This document shows positions 34,677 to 48,478 of a DNA stretch of 64,000 bases, in pieces (the first letter of the stretch is position 1; every line of letters begins with the position of its first letter). Below the pieces are notes generated by a model that worked only from the letters and a program-made list of their open reading frames with translations, did no database searches and had not been told where the DNA came from. The position numbers and the translations under genes are program-made. The stretch covers positions 31,186,001 to 31,250,000 of the forward strand of contig NC_092355.1 in the NCBI RefSeq assembly GCF_963676685.1. The letters are read 5' to 3'. The stretch is from Mytilus edulis. Its lineage: Eukaryota.

Positions 34677-35588
34677 TATATATGATATATATATATACAA
34701 GTATATATATATATATTTATCATTCAGGTCATACATATTGGTCTGAAGATAATGTTCACCAGCAATATGTATATGAACAACTTGTAAATATAATCGGAAA
34801 GGAAACAGATTTACAGCGGTTATTTTTGGTACAAGATGTGATTAATTGGGTCAGGATTAACATACATATCAAGTGGAAGTTTAGCTGAAGGTTTGAGTTT
34901 ACCTGGCAGTGATCTTGATATCATGTACGTTTTACACGGTATTAAAGTCGTCAATAGGGAACAGGATATACCAATTCCAAATGAATTTGCAACACTGTTG
35001 ATGGAGATAAACCCTAATCATCTAGGATTTAGCAGACTTAAATTAGCTGAAGGTTTCGAGACATCTAGTCCACTTCTTTAAAAAATGGTTACAAAAACCG
35101 ACGAAGGTTTATACCTAGAACCCCATGAATTCATTTCAATTTTTCAACAACATACAATACCTACATGGCCCATGTGTTTCAGATAAATGTATGGCTTTGA
35201 ATATAGCAGTTGTTTCCGAAATAAATCACTTCCCTTACTATGTAAAACAATGGGTTTGTCGACAAAGAAAACAATGGCCGCCGAATGCAGTTATTGATAC
35301 CATATATATAATGAGATTTGGATGTTTGCTGGTACCAATCGGACCTAAAACGATGACAAATAATCAGTTTCTATGGAAATTATCATTTTCAGTTGCAGAA
35401 AAACAACTTTTACACCCAACTATTATGCTACGGTCTACTTAAATTAACATTGAAACACATCATAATCAAAAAGCCAGGTGAAGAGGATTTGTTATGTTCA
35501 TATTTTCTAAAAACAACGTTGTTTTGGTTGTCAGAGGAAGCATCCATCTAGACATTTCAATTACAAAACTATTTCACTTTTAAAAATT

Positions 35589-36982
35589 GGCCGTTTCAGA
35601 ATCTAATGCATTCTGGGTAATATTTTCAAAAGCGTACACCAAGGCGTTGTGATTGGTTTAAAACATTCTAAACAATGGAAATTCAACCGATGACGTAACG
35701 TTATTTTCGTTTTAGGGTACGAACAATAAAATTACCCATGATCAGGGTTTCCGCTGGCGGTCGCAATTTGCGAAAAAACAATAATTGTGGCGATAAAAAT
35801 TCGTCATTTGCGAAAGAATTTGGCGAAAGAAATATATATATCCATAACGATTTATTTTCCTCCATCTTGTTTATTTACCTTTTTCGAGTTTCTCGGACTT
35901 TACCCAATCAGTCAATACTCGGAATTCACCTTGACCTTATTAAGATTTGGACAGAAAATCAATAATCAGCTGATTGCATTTTATAGCTATCGACAACAAA
36001 GGACTAATTAATAAAGGTGTTGATTGAATTGTTTGACAAAATGATATGGTTAAATGGCTTCCACTAAATGTCACATGCCGAATTTATTTACCACTTTTCG
36101 ACGCACGTGTTTGAAGCAAACTTTGACGTCTCCTCTCCTTTTAAAGATAGTTTAAAAAGAAAGCTGTTGTTGTGACGAAAAATGTTCAAAAGCAAGAAAA
36201 ATCTCCGATTCAAAACTTTAATTATCCTTTGACTTTAATATAGGTAATTGATTAGGGAGACTACTTTAAAGTCGTTTGAGTGACACACGTGTTTTAAGCA
36301 AAGTTTTACGTCTTAACGTTTTCATTTACGATGGACAAGAAAAGAAAACTGTCGTTATGAAGAAATCTATCCAAAAGGTTGGGAACAACCATCAAATGAG
36401 AGTAACCCTTCAATGTAATGTCTACACATGAAATGAGGGGTCAATTTCATGTGATAAAAGCTTTTGTTTTGTTGTAAAAACCACTTCTTAGTACAAAAGG
36501 GCACATCAGTATTTTTCTTTTAAAGAAACTTTCCCTACGAACTATACTCATGTCTGGTAAATAAATATTATATGATCAAAATATGCCCATTAATTTTGTT
36601 ATATTCCAGGACTTCTTTATTATTAAAAGTATAGTGGTCTCCTCATTTAGAAAAGTTGTTTAAAATACAAGAATATTTTTCCCTTTTAAGTTAAAAAATT
36701 CTGTTGTTTTAAAGTAAACGGTTAGTGTTTATTCATTAAAATGTAGACTCTAAAATAAGTTTGAGAGAATAATCAAAGACACAATGGGGAAAAATCATCT
36801 TAATTAAGGGAGGGGTAGAAAAAAAGGTAAATTTCAAACGAAAAATATATTTATGTTACATGTACTTGGCGAAAAAAATAATAAAGTGGCGAAAAATATA
36901 TTGTTTTGGCGAAAGAGGTGGCGAAAAAAATAATTGACCCAGGGGAAACCCTGCCCATGATGCTTCAAGTACTGAAACGGCC
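35589..36982. mobile_element. Short TIR element with a 4-bp AATT duplication (Sola1-like, superfamily uncertain), containing a nested hAT
   Basis: TIR GGCCGTTTCAG...CTGAAACGGCC. Removing it plus one AATT restores the codon register seen in copies 1 and 3. Confidence 0.75.
35743..36953. mobile_element. Non-autonomous hAT element
   Basis: TIR CAGGGTTTCCGCTGG / CCAGGGGAAACCCTG; perfect 8-bp TSD CCCATGAT (35735-35742 and 36954-36961); subterminal TGGCGAAA repeats. Confidence 0.9.
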
Positions 36983-38149
36983 AATTGTGCCTAGGTAATT
37001 TAATATCGTAGATAGAAAACTGCCACTGTCCTAATTACTTTATACCTGCACAAAACATGTTTCAGGCAAAAGTAGAGCAATAACCAACTCTTGCTCAGTT
37101 TTCTCGACAGCATTATTTGTGATGAAACTGTAGGACTGGTATCGAATGTATTTTCTAAAGACCTAGCATCGACCATGACAAACAAGTAGACTTTTTGTTT
37201 TATAAGATTTTTTCCAAATTTGGAAACCGTGGATTAATCGCCGTTCAATATCTGCTCCAATCAGAATCATCTGTATATATACGTGATGTTTGCAGAAGAT
37301 GGATATCAAATATTAACCAGTATATACTGTACTACAATAACTTCCTTCTCGGGTCAGAAGAAAGAAGATCGAAAATATACGTAACCGCTATCATAATCAT
37401 TCACAAGATGCCCTACAGCAAGATGTTGTGACTGGGTGGCTGTTGTATGCATCTTTTTACTATGTTATCGGACAGCATAATGTTACACTCCGAATAGTAC
37501 ATCATGTTCTAACAAAGTGTACATCGGATAAGATATGTCACGGCCTGGTATCATATCTCCAAAGACAGACTAATTACTTGCTAAATATGTCCATATGCAA
37601 TCCATAGCATGAAATGGAAAGTTAAGATTAGCAACTATTTCTCCTATTAGATACTTACAGAATTCGTCTTCAATACCCAATGAGTTACAACTTTAGATCC
37701 AAAAAGGCTACATCACCGTAACTCCTGTTGTGATGCCTCATTGTATGAAATTTTTATGTTTTTATCATCTTGGTGATTTTTTTAACAGACAACGGGCGCT
37801 GAGAGATTTGTATTTGACTCTAGAGGATGTTTTTTTTTTATTTCACCAAAACAACAATCATTGTCTTTCTTAATTGGTGGTATGTGCTCAGAATTATCTG
37901 CTGATATAGAAACTGCCTGTCAGTGTTACGTTGCGATAAAAAATATTGTTTCACAGCAAAAATCAGGAAAACAAGAATCTCTTAAAAAGACAGGATTTGG
38001 AATTTTCTTAATAACCGAGAAAAATATACCAGTTTCATTACTTGAAATAAACGTTATATGATGTGTGTCCTTTGAAAACTGGTTATTTCAATCATTACTG
38101 TCATATGTTTAATTGCTTCAGATGAACCTTAAAAGAAATAGCAAGTTCA

Positions 38150-38896
38150 GTTACTGGTAATGAAATGCACCGATCATCATACTCTTGATAGATCAGACAC
38201 ATGCAGAATGATCATGTCTATGAAAAATACAGATATGTGCAATATCATCCTAAAATATCATTTCTAATGCGCATTAAATCAATAAATCTCAATACAACTC
38301 TTTTTGAAGATTTAATTCTCAGTATTCAGGTCTTAATAAAGATAAATCTAACTGACACAATAAATACATGGCCTCCTCTATAATGTTTTCGCACAGATTT
38401 GAGATTTAAAGTCTAAGATCCCCTATGTCTTGAAACTTTATATGTTTACATTTTATCAAAATGAAGAGATAATAATAATTACGTGAACTATGAGGTATAT
38501 TCCAAACTAGTTCATCAAGGAATTCAAAGTGTCTGATGAAAACGTTGATTACCAAAAGTATCAAGAGCGTTTGGTCAGGCAGTTGCCTCTTTGTGTCATT
38601 CAAGGTAACATCACTGCTCGAGTTCGGTAAGTCTTGGGCTCGATCCTCGCCCGTTGCAAATCTAAGACTACCTGCATACCTCCCAAGCATGCAATATTCT
38701 GGAGATAGAACAAAGATTGTTTGGTCCAGCGTCCAAATTTTTTCTCGGGTATGATGACCTGTTGTCCTGTGTTATAATACAATTCTGGTTCATATTCATC
38801 TTCCCGTTCAACATATTGATATATAAAATACAAAGTATATGCAACGAACCCTACATATATATATGCAACAAACCATATGGGTCTACATCTTATTAA
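38150..38896 (-). pseudogene. Degraded coding sequence for a type II membrane protein (possibly a GT31 glycosyltransferase)
   Basis: N-terminal TM segment IWFVAYIYVGFVAYTLYFIY, then LLILLVI...HF...W...YLFIL...IIEEA...LD...Y.EL..QK...F*DD through several stops. The family call is by eye only. Confidence 0.3.
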
Positions 38897-41752
38897 AGGG
38901 AAACTTCGCAAAAAAAATCAAAAATTGACATTATGTCCATTCTATATAGAAATGCTCAAATTTATAGATATTAAAGTTTTATTCCGCTAGATAAGAGATC
39001 ACCATCGATTTTAAATTTAGAGTATCAATTCTCTGCGTTCCGCCATTTTGTCGTCTTCCCCAATGAAAAATCACGATATGTCTATAAACCACAAAGGACC
39101 AAAACTACAGTAACCGATGTAGTCGTAATTGCGTGTCGATATCTTGTCAATCGTACGGTTGTTTTATCTGACAAACTAACTTGATACGGAAAATGTTCTT
39201 ATTTTTTTTAAATAACCACAGTCTGTTATTTTTAAACTGTTAATATTGGAATAGTTAAAAAGTCAAAGTTTAAATCATAAATAAGTGTTCCGTGAAAACC
39301 GTTTTCGTAAATCTAATTCGTTTATAATTCTTTAAAGTAATAAATTTTATTCAAATAAATTCGGATCTTCCCTATCTGATCACCAGCATGACTAAAGGTA
39401 TTACTCCCAAAGGTATTGTGAGGGGTGTGAGGTGACACGTCCAGGTATTCAAGCGATTTCCTGTCGGGCTTGCAAGTTCATGCATCGTTTCACTTCTGTA
39501 GGTATTGATCAGTGCATGTACACGGCCGATAACTTATAACTCTCCATTTTGAACTATCAGGTGTATAATATACATCTCTGTCTTGCGTGGCCGAAAGTGA
39601 TATAATATACTAGTCATTACGCTTGTTTATACATGTTATAAATAACATTACTGATGTAAAGAATATTATTTATGAAAATATAAATAATACCAAAAAAAAA
39701 AAAAAGATCTGATAAAATAAAAATCTATTTACATTTTTTTTTCCAAGGTTTAATTTGGGAAAATGTAATAAATACTCGTTGTCAATAGTAAAGGACAGAT
39801 TGGAACATACCAGAAATATTGATTTAAAAAAAATGTACGCACTTGTCGACGATTCATTTCTACGCCTGGATAGAAAGTTACGGAGCTATATCGCAATTTA
39901 AAATATATACATGTATTCATTGAACATAAGAAAGAAACATACATTTTGTGTAAATTGGGGTAACAGTTTTGTAAATAGACTAGTCCACGAATGCCAACAG
40001 TATGTAATCATCGAATTCGATAGCCTATTGTATACCAAAAAAAGAAGAAGAAGAAGTAGAGGACCAATTTGATTTAAATACAGGTCGATATAACAACTTA
40101 CTTCGGTTCATCGAAGTTATGAACATAGCAAAATCACAAATGTATATATATCAATTAGATCGTTCTCCAATAAAGGAAGAAATTCGACATCATCACATTT
40201 GTTCCGACATTCATGTAAAACATATGCAACTGGACGTACACTAATAAACCCCAAGGGATGTGAATATTTTCTAGGAAAACTTTTGAGTATTAAAGGATCA
40301 AATTGATTTCGGGAATTATTTTCTTTCTTGATATTCAATGACAGCAATTTAAAGAATAAACTGCTTGTCCGCTTTAGGGGTATTATTGCCAGTTGAACAG
40401 ACTCATAATTACATTCAAAAATAGGGAAATTAAGATGACATTAAATTGGTTGTCTTTTTTTTTAAACATCGTTGGTCAAATAGCTAAAGTATTATTCGTT
40501 GTGAGAAGAAGACTATTTTAATATAAGGACGCTCCCGATTATGAATAAATTTGGTTGACGTTTTCACACTTGAAAAAAAATTCTATTCGTAATTTTTCGA
40601 TTCCATTCCAAGAGGATCCTTAAATTTCCTGTCAATTTTTTAAAACATCTTTTTTTTTCAAATAGCTGAAGTATTCATGCATGCGTTGTGAGATTTAAAA
40701 TATTTTGATGAGAACATTAATTCCTAAATAGGTAAATAAAGATCGCTTTGGATGGACTAAATTATTTAATTGCAATCTGTTTGAAATATTAAAGGTTGGC
40801 GATTTTAATTTAAAAAGGTACAATTTTTAGTTCATACACTCGTGTTTAGAAGGCTATTTTTATTTATTCAATTAAAATAATTCAGTATTTTATCGTTACA
40901 AAACTAATCAGAAGTCATAATTCATTTAAAAGTGAGCTTAATGCAAAATATATAAAAATATACAACAGCTATCCAGTTATTGTGCGACCTTATTTCTCCC
41001 GTAAATTCATTTTAATTGTTTTTCTTACATTTCTGTGTCTATAACTATAACTGACTCCCGTATATCATTCATACGAAATGTTGTTCACACCTGAAATGCT
41101 GAACCGTGACGCCTGGGTGTCACTGAATGAAGATCAAAAGATTAGAATTACATAATGTTTATCTTTTAATTACCTTGAGTTTAACTACGCATTCAACATT
41201 CACTAAGTGTCACAAATTAATACACATTTAATTTCCACAGTACAAGCAAGTGAAAATGTTTTCTGAAATGAAGCAAAAAGTTCAGAATACAAACATGTAT
41301 TGTTTAATACACTATGGATCGTGTCAGTTTCATATGTTTGTTTAAATTATTTGAAGAAAAAAAATCATAAAAATGTTCTATTGTATTATTTACTTTAATC
41401 ACTAGAATTCGTATAAAAAAATCCACACATGAATCCTACAATCTAATTAAAAAAGTTGCATGGCTATCACTTACTTTTCTTGGGTTAATAGCTACACCAA
41501 AAGTCGTCGATGCTCTTTAAATAGCGCTATTAGATGGTTAACGAACAAGACTTAAATGAAATTAATTTCACTCCCGGCATGCTCAAAGACTTAAACTACG
41601 TCACATAAGTCAGGAAGTTTGATAAAATAAAATTAATAATTCCCAATTTTCTCCTTTATTACTTTTCATATCGAAATAAAACTTGGTGAATATGTTTTTT
41701 ATGGTATTATGAACATAATAAGATGAAAAGTGAAAAATCGCGAATTATCCCT
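38897..41752. mobile_element. 2.86-kb non-coding TTAA-flanked (Kolobok-like) DNA element
   Basis: TTAA-AGGGAAACTTCGC ... GCGAATTATCCCT-TTAA inverted ends; no long ORF inside. Confidence 0.7.
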
Positions 41753-44700
41753 TTAATTCTAACGTTGCCTATACCCCTCCCAATGTCGGTATCCTTGATC
41801 AGCATATAACATTTCTAAAAACGATATATATCATATTATGTTGTTCATTGTTACTAACTTTATATATTTCCTACAATTGTTTATTCAGTACAATGAATTC
41901 GGTGAACCTAGCTCTTAAATTTTATCAATAAAATTAATCAAATGCTATAAGTTAATTTACTCCAAGGATACATAAAACAATTAAATTTTTACTCGATTAC
42001 TTTCCCATTAAACAAATTACTGCAGAACAATTACTAATTGAACACACCTTAATTCTAAAAAAATACCAGCATATAAAGGGATTTTTTATGTGAATACAAT
42101 GTATAGAAGACGAAAAAACACTTTTGAAATTAGAAAAAAACCGGATGCGATTGGATTATCTCAATTTTCGAATTTGATAGAGAGACATATTCTGACAAAC
42201 TTTAGCTTCGATATTTCTGAAATCGTCAAAAAAAAAACTCACACAACACATATAATAAAAGTTGATAAACTTTGATGAAAGTCAGATAGTATAAAAGGGC
42301 GTTCACCTACAAAGTATATTGAAAAACAATTCATATTCAAAACATAGAGAGATAACTCGAATCGTACGTATGATAAGTATTGGATACGTGTGTTTATACA
42401 TAGTATTAAGTTCGTGAAAATAAGGCGGAAATCTAGAAAACCACGTGACACATACAATTGCTAGATTTCTAATTTTTTTTTTTTTTTCATAATTAAATTA
42501 TTTAATATGGACGAACATTCCAGTGTGTGATTTTGAAACTCTTCGGATACGTTGCATAAACTTGGGCAACGTATTTAATCAATTTAAATGGTTGGCAATA
42601 ACAAGCCCAATTTGGTCCGTACGTCGAGTTACGTCTTTGTGTAATTTTATTGGAAATCTCTAGAACTACGAGAAAATGATATCGTAAATTTCGTATCAAT
42701 TGATATTAGTTTTTTTGTGATATGCCATTTATTAAAGTTGCAACCTAACACGGCTAAAAATTAACGACAAGTTACAGCTCTTATAACAAAGGACATGGGC
42801 AATCCAGCTATAACAGTGCGGCCTTTATCACATAGGGAGATCAGTATTTTTCTATTCAATCATTTGATAAGGGTCTTTCCGTTTCAAATTTCTTGGAGTT
42901 CTGTATTTTAGGTTTTTTTTTCTTTTTGTTACATATCATGCATATTGTTACATATTCTTACATAGAATTCAAAGGAGTAAAAGAGGGGTAACTAAAATTA
43001 AAGAAATACAATTTTATCTTTTAATCGGAATCACAGGAAAGAGTAATTTTTCGATTATTCATTATCTGTCAGTTTTTTTATGAGATCTAATAGGATAAGC
43101 TGCAGAAACCAAAGTTTAATGATATTTTTTTTAAACCAAGAACAAGATAAAGTCATTTATAAAATTATTGATATGTGTTGGATTGCAATTCTAATATGTA
43201 TTGCATGTTTTTATTAGGACGTACATTTTATTTAAATTATCAGTTTAAGTATATTAAAAAAACTGTTAATCGTTATTTTACGCTTTAACATCTTACAATG
43301 ACGTCAATCCTATACTAGATACAATAGATAAAACACGACGTCGTTACTCCCGCGTTATTTTCAAAATCCTCCAATCGCGTAGCTGCGTTTAAAAGTCCGC
43401 AAAATATAATAACGCTTGCGGTCAAATAGTTTCACCCAGGTACAATGGTTGGAAATTTTTGACCGGTCCGATAGTTCAAAGCATGTAATTTGCAAAATAG
43501 TGAAAATATTGTGTACTTATCTTATATAGAAAATTATAACTGAGGTATAATAAAAGACAACTATCCACTAGAGACCAGATGACAAGCAAGTATTTTGGTG
43601 CATATCTTGTGCATGTGGGGAAAAACAGTCATAGTAGTAACAGGTACACACAGATTATTAGAATGTTGATACAATTGTGGAATGTTGTGAACATTGTTGT
43701 GGTTCGAACAAGGTCATCGTTATCATCATGATATAAGGATAGCAGTCTTCAAAATTAAATTTATATTGACCAGGCACAGAATCAAAGGAAGACTACTCCT
43801 TTCAATAATTCATTGAAAAATAGACAAGAAAGGAACATTCAAGGTATGTTTATTTTTTATCGTTTCTTTTCTCTCCCTGAAATAGGAATACTATTTAATA
43901 ACATTAATTCTATCAAAACGTCTAAGCAATAGATGTTCTCTGTGTAATTTTTTTCTACATTAGCTAGAGGTATAGGGGGAGGGTTGAGATTAAAAAAAAA
44001 CATGTTTAACCCCGCCGCAATTTTTCGTCTGTCCCAAGTCAGGAGCCTCTGTCCTTTGTTAGTCGTGTATGATTTTTAATTCTAGTTTCTTGAGTATGAT
44101 TCAGAGTTTAGTATGACGTACATTATCACTTAACTAGTATACATATTTGTTTAAGCGCCTCCGGGTGCGGAAGTTTCTACCTGCATTAAAGACCCATTTG
44201 TGGTTGATCGGATGTTGTCTGCACTAGGGTCGGTTTGTTGTCTCTTTGACACATTCCCCATTTCCATTCTCAATTTTATTGAAAAGTTTGGCTAGAGCTT
44301 ATTTTTTGGTACACACTGACTACAATTATTTAAGGATGCCAAAATTCATTTCCCTCGGAGTTCAATATTTCTGTGATTTTACTTTTTACTTATTAAAGAT
44401 AGTTACAAGTTGCAACCATTTAGATCAAAATACATTGATATAAAGTAGTGTTGCGTGATTTTTCTTAAATAATTTAATAAATTTGGGGTTTAGGAAATTA
44501 CATTTTATCAATTGTATTTAACGGGGCTTCAGTGAGACACATTATGGAAACTGTTTAAAAGGTGTTCTTTGATCTGGCAGTCTTGTTTACAAATTTATAT
44601 TAGATATAGATATCATCATTGCTAATTATTGAATTACCCCGTTTTTTACCTTTACAAAGAAGTGATGGGTACGAATTGCGGTCGAGTTTAACCAAAGGCT

Positions 44701-44840
44701 TCAAATTAAGCGTCTAAGATCAGAAGTATATATAAAACCATTGGTAAATTATTGTATATCATCTTTTTTTATGAATAGTAACAAAATAAAATATTCCAAA
44801 GTTTCATACAATATATCATATTCATTTCAGTATCTTCATA

Positions 44841-45168
44841 ATGTACACCGATACCTCTAGAACAAGCAGACAAAATGGACATATACATGGAATTAGGAAC
44901 ATAACATTTTGGGAAAAATACGGGGTAAAACGCTTTCCATACCGTGGAACACGACGGCACACACCAATTCCTCAACAACATTTTGATGGTCAAATAAGTA
45001 TCTCTAACGACGTACTTGGCCTTACTATTCAGCAGTTTGAAGAGAATTTCAAAGCATGCTTAGAAAGAAGAAAACAAAATTCTGAATGGATCATGAATTT
45101 GAGATATCCAGTTAAATCTTCTAATGAATACCTGGAATACTTAAAGAATTGTAAAAGTCATGATGAAG
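44841..45168 (+). CDS. cGLR copy 3, first coding exon (intact N-terminal domain)
   Basis: Open frame MYTDTSRTSRQ...YLEYLKNCKSHDE; acceptor TTTCAG 10 nt before the ATG; phase-1 donor G|GTAATC at 45169. Confidence 0.8.
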
Positions 45169-46889
45169 GTAATCTAGAAATATAACACAATATGTATGGA
45201 TTAAGTTTATAGGTCAGTTCACAAGAGGCATTTTGGTAAACAAAAGATTTATCAGTAAAAAGATAAGCAATTGGAAATCGAAAATGAGATACGTTGAAAA
45301 ATATAGATTATCTTTAAACCAGAAAACGAGTTCTTCGTAGTTGAAAGGATAAAGTTATATAGGTTTCAATTCTATACACATAGACATTGCAATTTCCAAT
45401 AGGAACTCCAATTAAGGCTTAAATTGTACAATTTTTACTATGAAGTTTCGTAACATAATATATTCAAGAACAGAAAGCTCATATGCATTACTTTATTTAA
45501 AGGTAAAAATATAGGGCTATGTGGCATATTTTCAACATTCATATGTTGCTAACATCTAATAGTTAAAACTTATATAAAACAATTGTACTATCTTTTCCTT
45601 CAATTTGAGTCTTCAAAATATTACAATTTGGCATTATGCATGTGTATAGATATTGTAACATTTCCTAGTTATGTCTCTACGAGATGTCACATAGATATCA
45701 TATGTTGTATACAAAACAAAATATCTATGAATAATTTATATCTCCCCAAAAGAGGTCCTGGTTTGTGAACAGCAGTTTTACAGGGTGCAACCAGTAAGGA
45801 TCAAATTTGGCCCCAATTATCAAGTGTTATGTATCAAGATAAAAGTATTCAAAATTAATGAAAAGACATGTTGATTTTTACAAATAGGTCCCCAAAAACA
45901 ATATTTTGGAAAAATTTTCATGATTTAAACCGAATAGAGGCATAAGAAGCAAAGGGCACATGCATCGGTAATCTAATATCTTAGACCGATAAGTAAAATG
46001 TGCAAGCCAAAGTAACTCAATATAGATTATTGTTAAGCACATAATAAAGCTTCATGAACTAATTCAATGCATATCAGTATAAATACGCACGTCTTAATGT
46101 GTGACAACCTTACGGCATGCATTCTCAATCGGATATCCTATGCGTACAGTCCTAACACCTCAATTTTATAAACTTCGAATGAAATCTAGCCATAAATGTC
46201 AGTCGTATTCCAAACGTACTTGTTTAACATCGAAGCGAACGCACTATTTGCGGCTCCCTCGGCGAAAAACTTTTTTTTTCAAATAGTATAGATAAACAAG
46301 AAAACTTTCATTAGTCGAGTGTACCATTTCTTGTATTTAAACCAATAATTTACAAAGTTACAAAGTCCTCCCAATTCTCTGAAATCATTAATACTTTTTG
46401 GGGAAAAAATAAAACTAGTTTATAAATTCAAAAATGACCACTTGATAATAAGGCGAAATCATGAGTCTAAACTTGGATAAGGACAACTATCATTCATAAC
46501 TTTATTTATCTAAAAATCAGGAGATATGGTATGAGTACTAATGAGACATCGACCCACAAGAGATCAAATAAAGTGCGTATAATCATGTAAGACGTGCGTA
46601 TTCAAATAGAAATGCGTTTTAACCTGATTTTAAAAGACACTTTATAGCAACCCAGTGGTATTTTTTATTAAAGAAAATTTATTTCAATAGGTTTACGGGT
46701 ATGTAATTTAAATCTGAAAACTAGGAGTCGAATCCCATGAAGGTAGCATTCAAGGATCAACTGAAACACTACATAATGAATATATCAAAATATATGACAG
46801 AACAGAAAAGAAATCCAGAAAATTTCGAAACATTCAAGAATGATGTTTCGTTTTTCACTAAGCAGTGTTATTTCGTACATTTTACGGCC

Positions 46890-47390
46890 TCAATAACGCG
46901 TTAATTGGCCGTTATGGAACAAATACGATAATAAATTGTTCCAAAAGTTGAAAACAACACGTTTATTAATTTTTGCGTCCGAAGCGCTTTTATGGATTTA
47001 CCTTCATCAGGAACGCTCAAAGCCAAACCTTTGAAATCCGAAGATGTATAAGTACCGAAACCGTTGAAGCGCAAATGTAAAAAATACCTAAAATAAATAG
47101 CCAAATTCACCTAAAGCCAACTTTGCCTGAGGGAGTTGAAACCTTAGTTTCTTCATAATTTCAAAATTTATAAACGGGCAAATTTATGCTTTGCTCATTG
47201 TTGAAGACCGTACGGTGACCTATAGTTGTTAATGTCTGTGTCATTTTGGTCTCTTGTTGACAGTTGTCTCATTGACAATCATATCACATCTTCTTTTTTA
47301 AATTTAGTAAAGTTTGTTAAATCATGTCAGTATCAAAGTACTGACTACTGAGCTGATGATACCCTCGGGGACTAATAGTCCACAAGCAAT
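46890..47390 (-). mobile_element. Second retrozyme/PLE-type repeat with a degenerate type I hammerhead (46975-47016)
   Basis: Minus strand GCGTTC-CTGATGA-AGGTAAATCCA-TAAA-AGCGCT-TC-GGACGC; G12 of GAAA is mutated to T. Interrupted by a dispersed repeat at about 47185-47300. Confidence 0.6.
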
Positions 47391-47705
47391 TGTCGTAACA
47401 ACAATTGACTTCATTACGAATGTTTTATCTTCTACTGAACAAGTCTTTTCATTGGGTTTGTACGTAAACGAGCAACACGACAGTAGCTAAGTGTTTAACA
47501 GGATCTGCCAACCTCAAGAGCACCTGGGATCATCCTCGGTTTTTTGTGGTGTTTGTGCTGTACTTTTGTATCCTTTTTTGTGTATTGTTGTTTTGCTTTT
47601 CTGTTTGTCTTTTTTGTCTTTTTGAATGATGAGTTATAATGTCCTTTTTGTATCTTTTGCCTCTCTATTGTTACAGGATACATACTTATTCAAACATACA
47701 TGTAT

Positions 47706-48478
47706 AGATAACAAGATGTACATGTCAGTGTAGTGAAGTTAGAGTTGGATTATATAAACTTTAAATATTTAATAATGTCTTTGTTCCTAGATACTATTAA
47801 ATGTAACAATTCAACAAATTCTTCAGTACAGAGGTTTTTTTACCTAAATGTTGACATGCACAGCAGCATACAAATTGATATAACAGTTTACTGAACATAT
47901 AAGTGGTCTTTAATCTCCACAAACGCTTTGGGCGTTGCAATCTCCTTCTATGGCAAATGTTTACTGACACATTTTTTTTTATTGCTAATGTAAATCGTGC
48001 AACGCAAACTACGATTACATTAACTTAAATTAAATTTGGGAAATGATGCAGATGCGTATAATCTGTATATTATAATAAGTTATTATCTTCATATTGGAAT
48101 GTGTGTTCTTGGAATCTTCCTTACCATTTGTACGTTTATGGTTCGACAGAACAATTCAAAGATAAACAAAATTTAAACTGATCGTTTAAGATAATAAGAT
48201 GAACATGTCAGTGTAGTTTAGTTATAGTTAGGTTATATAGAATTTGAGTATTAATAATGTCTTTGTTCCGAGATAATATGAAATGTAACTATTCAAAAAA
48301 AAAATCAGTACAGAGGTGTTTTATCTAAATGTTCTACATGCACATACGCATGTATATTGATACTACAATTTAATCATCATTTAGATGCAAGGGGTCTTTC
48401 ATCACCACATATACGCATTATTCCATGGCAAATGTTTTGATGACATTGTTTTTATGTTACATGTATATCGTGAATCGT
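47706..48478. repeat. Diverged direct duplication (~290-bp homology, ~480-bp offset)
   Basis: ACATGTCAGTGTAGT...TAATAATGTCTTTGTTCC...TCAGTACAGAGGT...ATGGCAAATGTTT occurs twice. Confidence 0.75.

Larger units (their letters stand above)
34728..37990 (+). pseudogene. cGLR copy 2, main exon; heavily degraded and split by nested transposons
   Basis: Acceptor TTCAG at 34727. Motifs [42 protein letters not shown] and CPNYFIP. Numerous stops and deletions; insertion at 35589-36982. Confidence 0.9.

Noticed and set aside
34122-34888. Repeated ORFs MVSRYHSSMGSNPGEG... (also at 62515)
   Set aside because: These are chance frames in the RNA repeat with non-ATG starts. The 34562 ORF merely runs through (TA)n into the cGLR exon.
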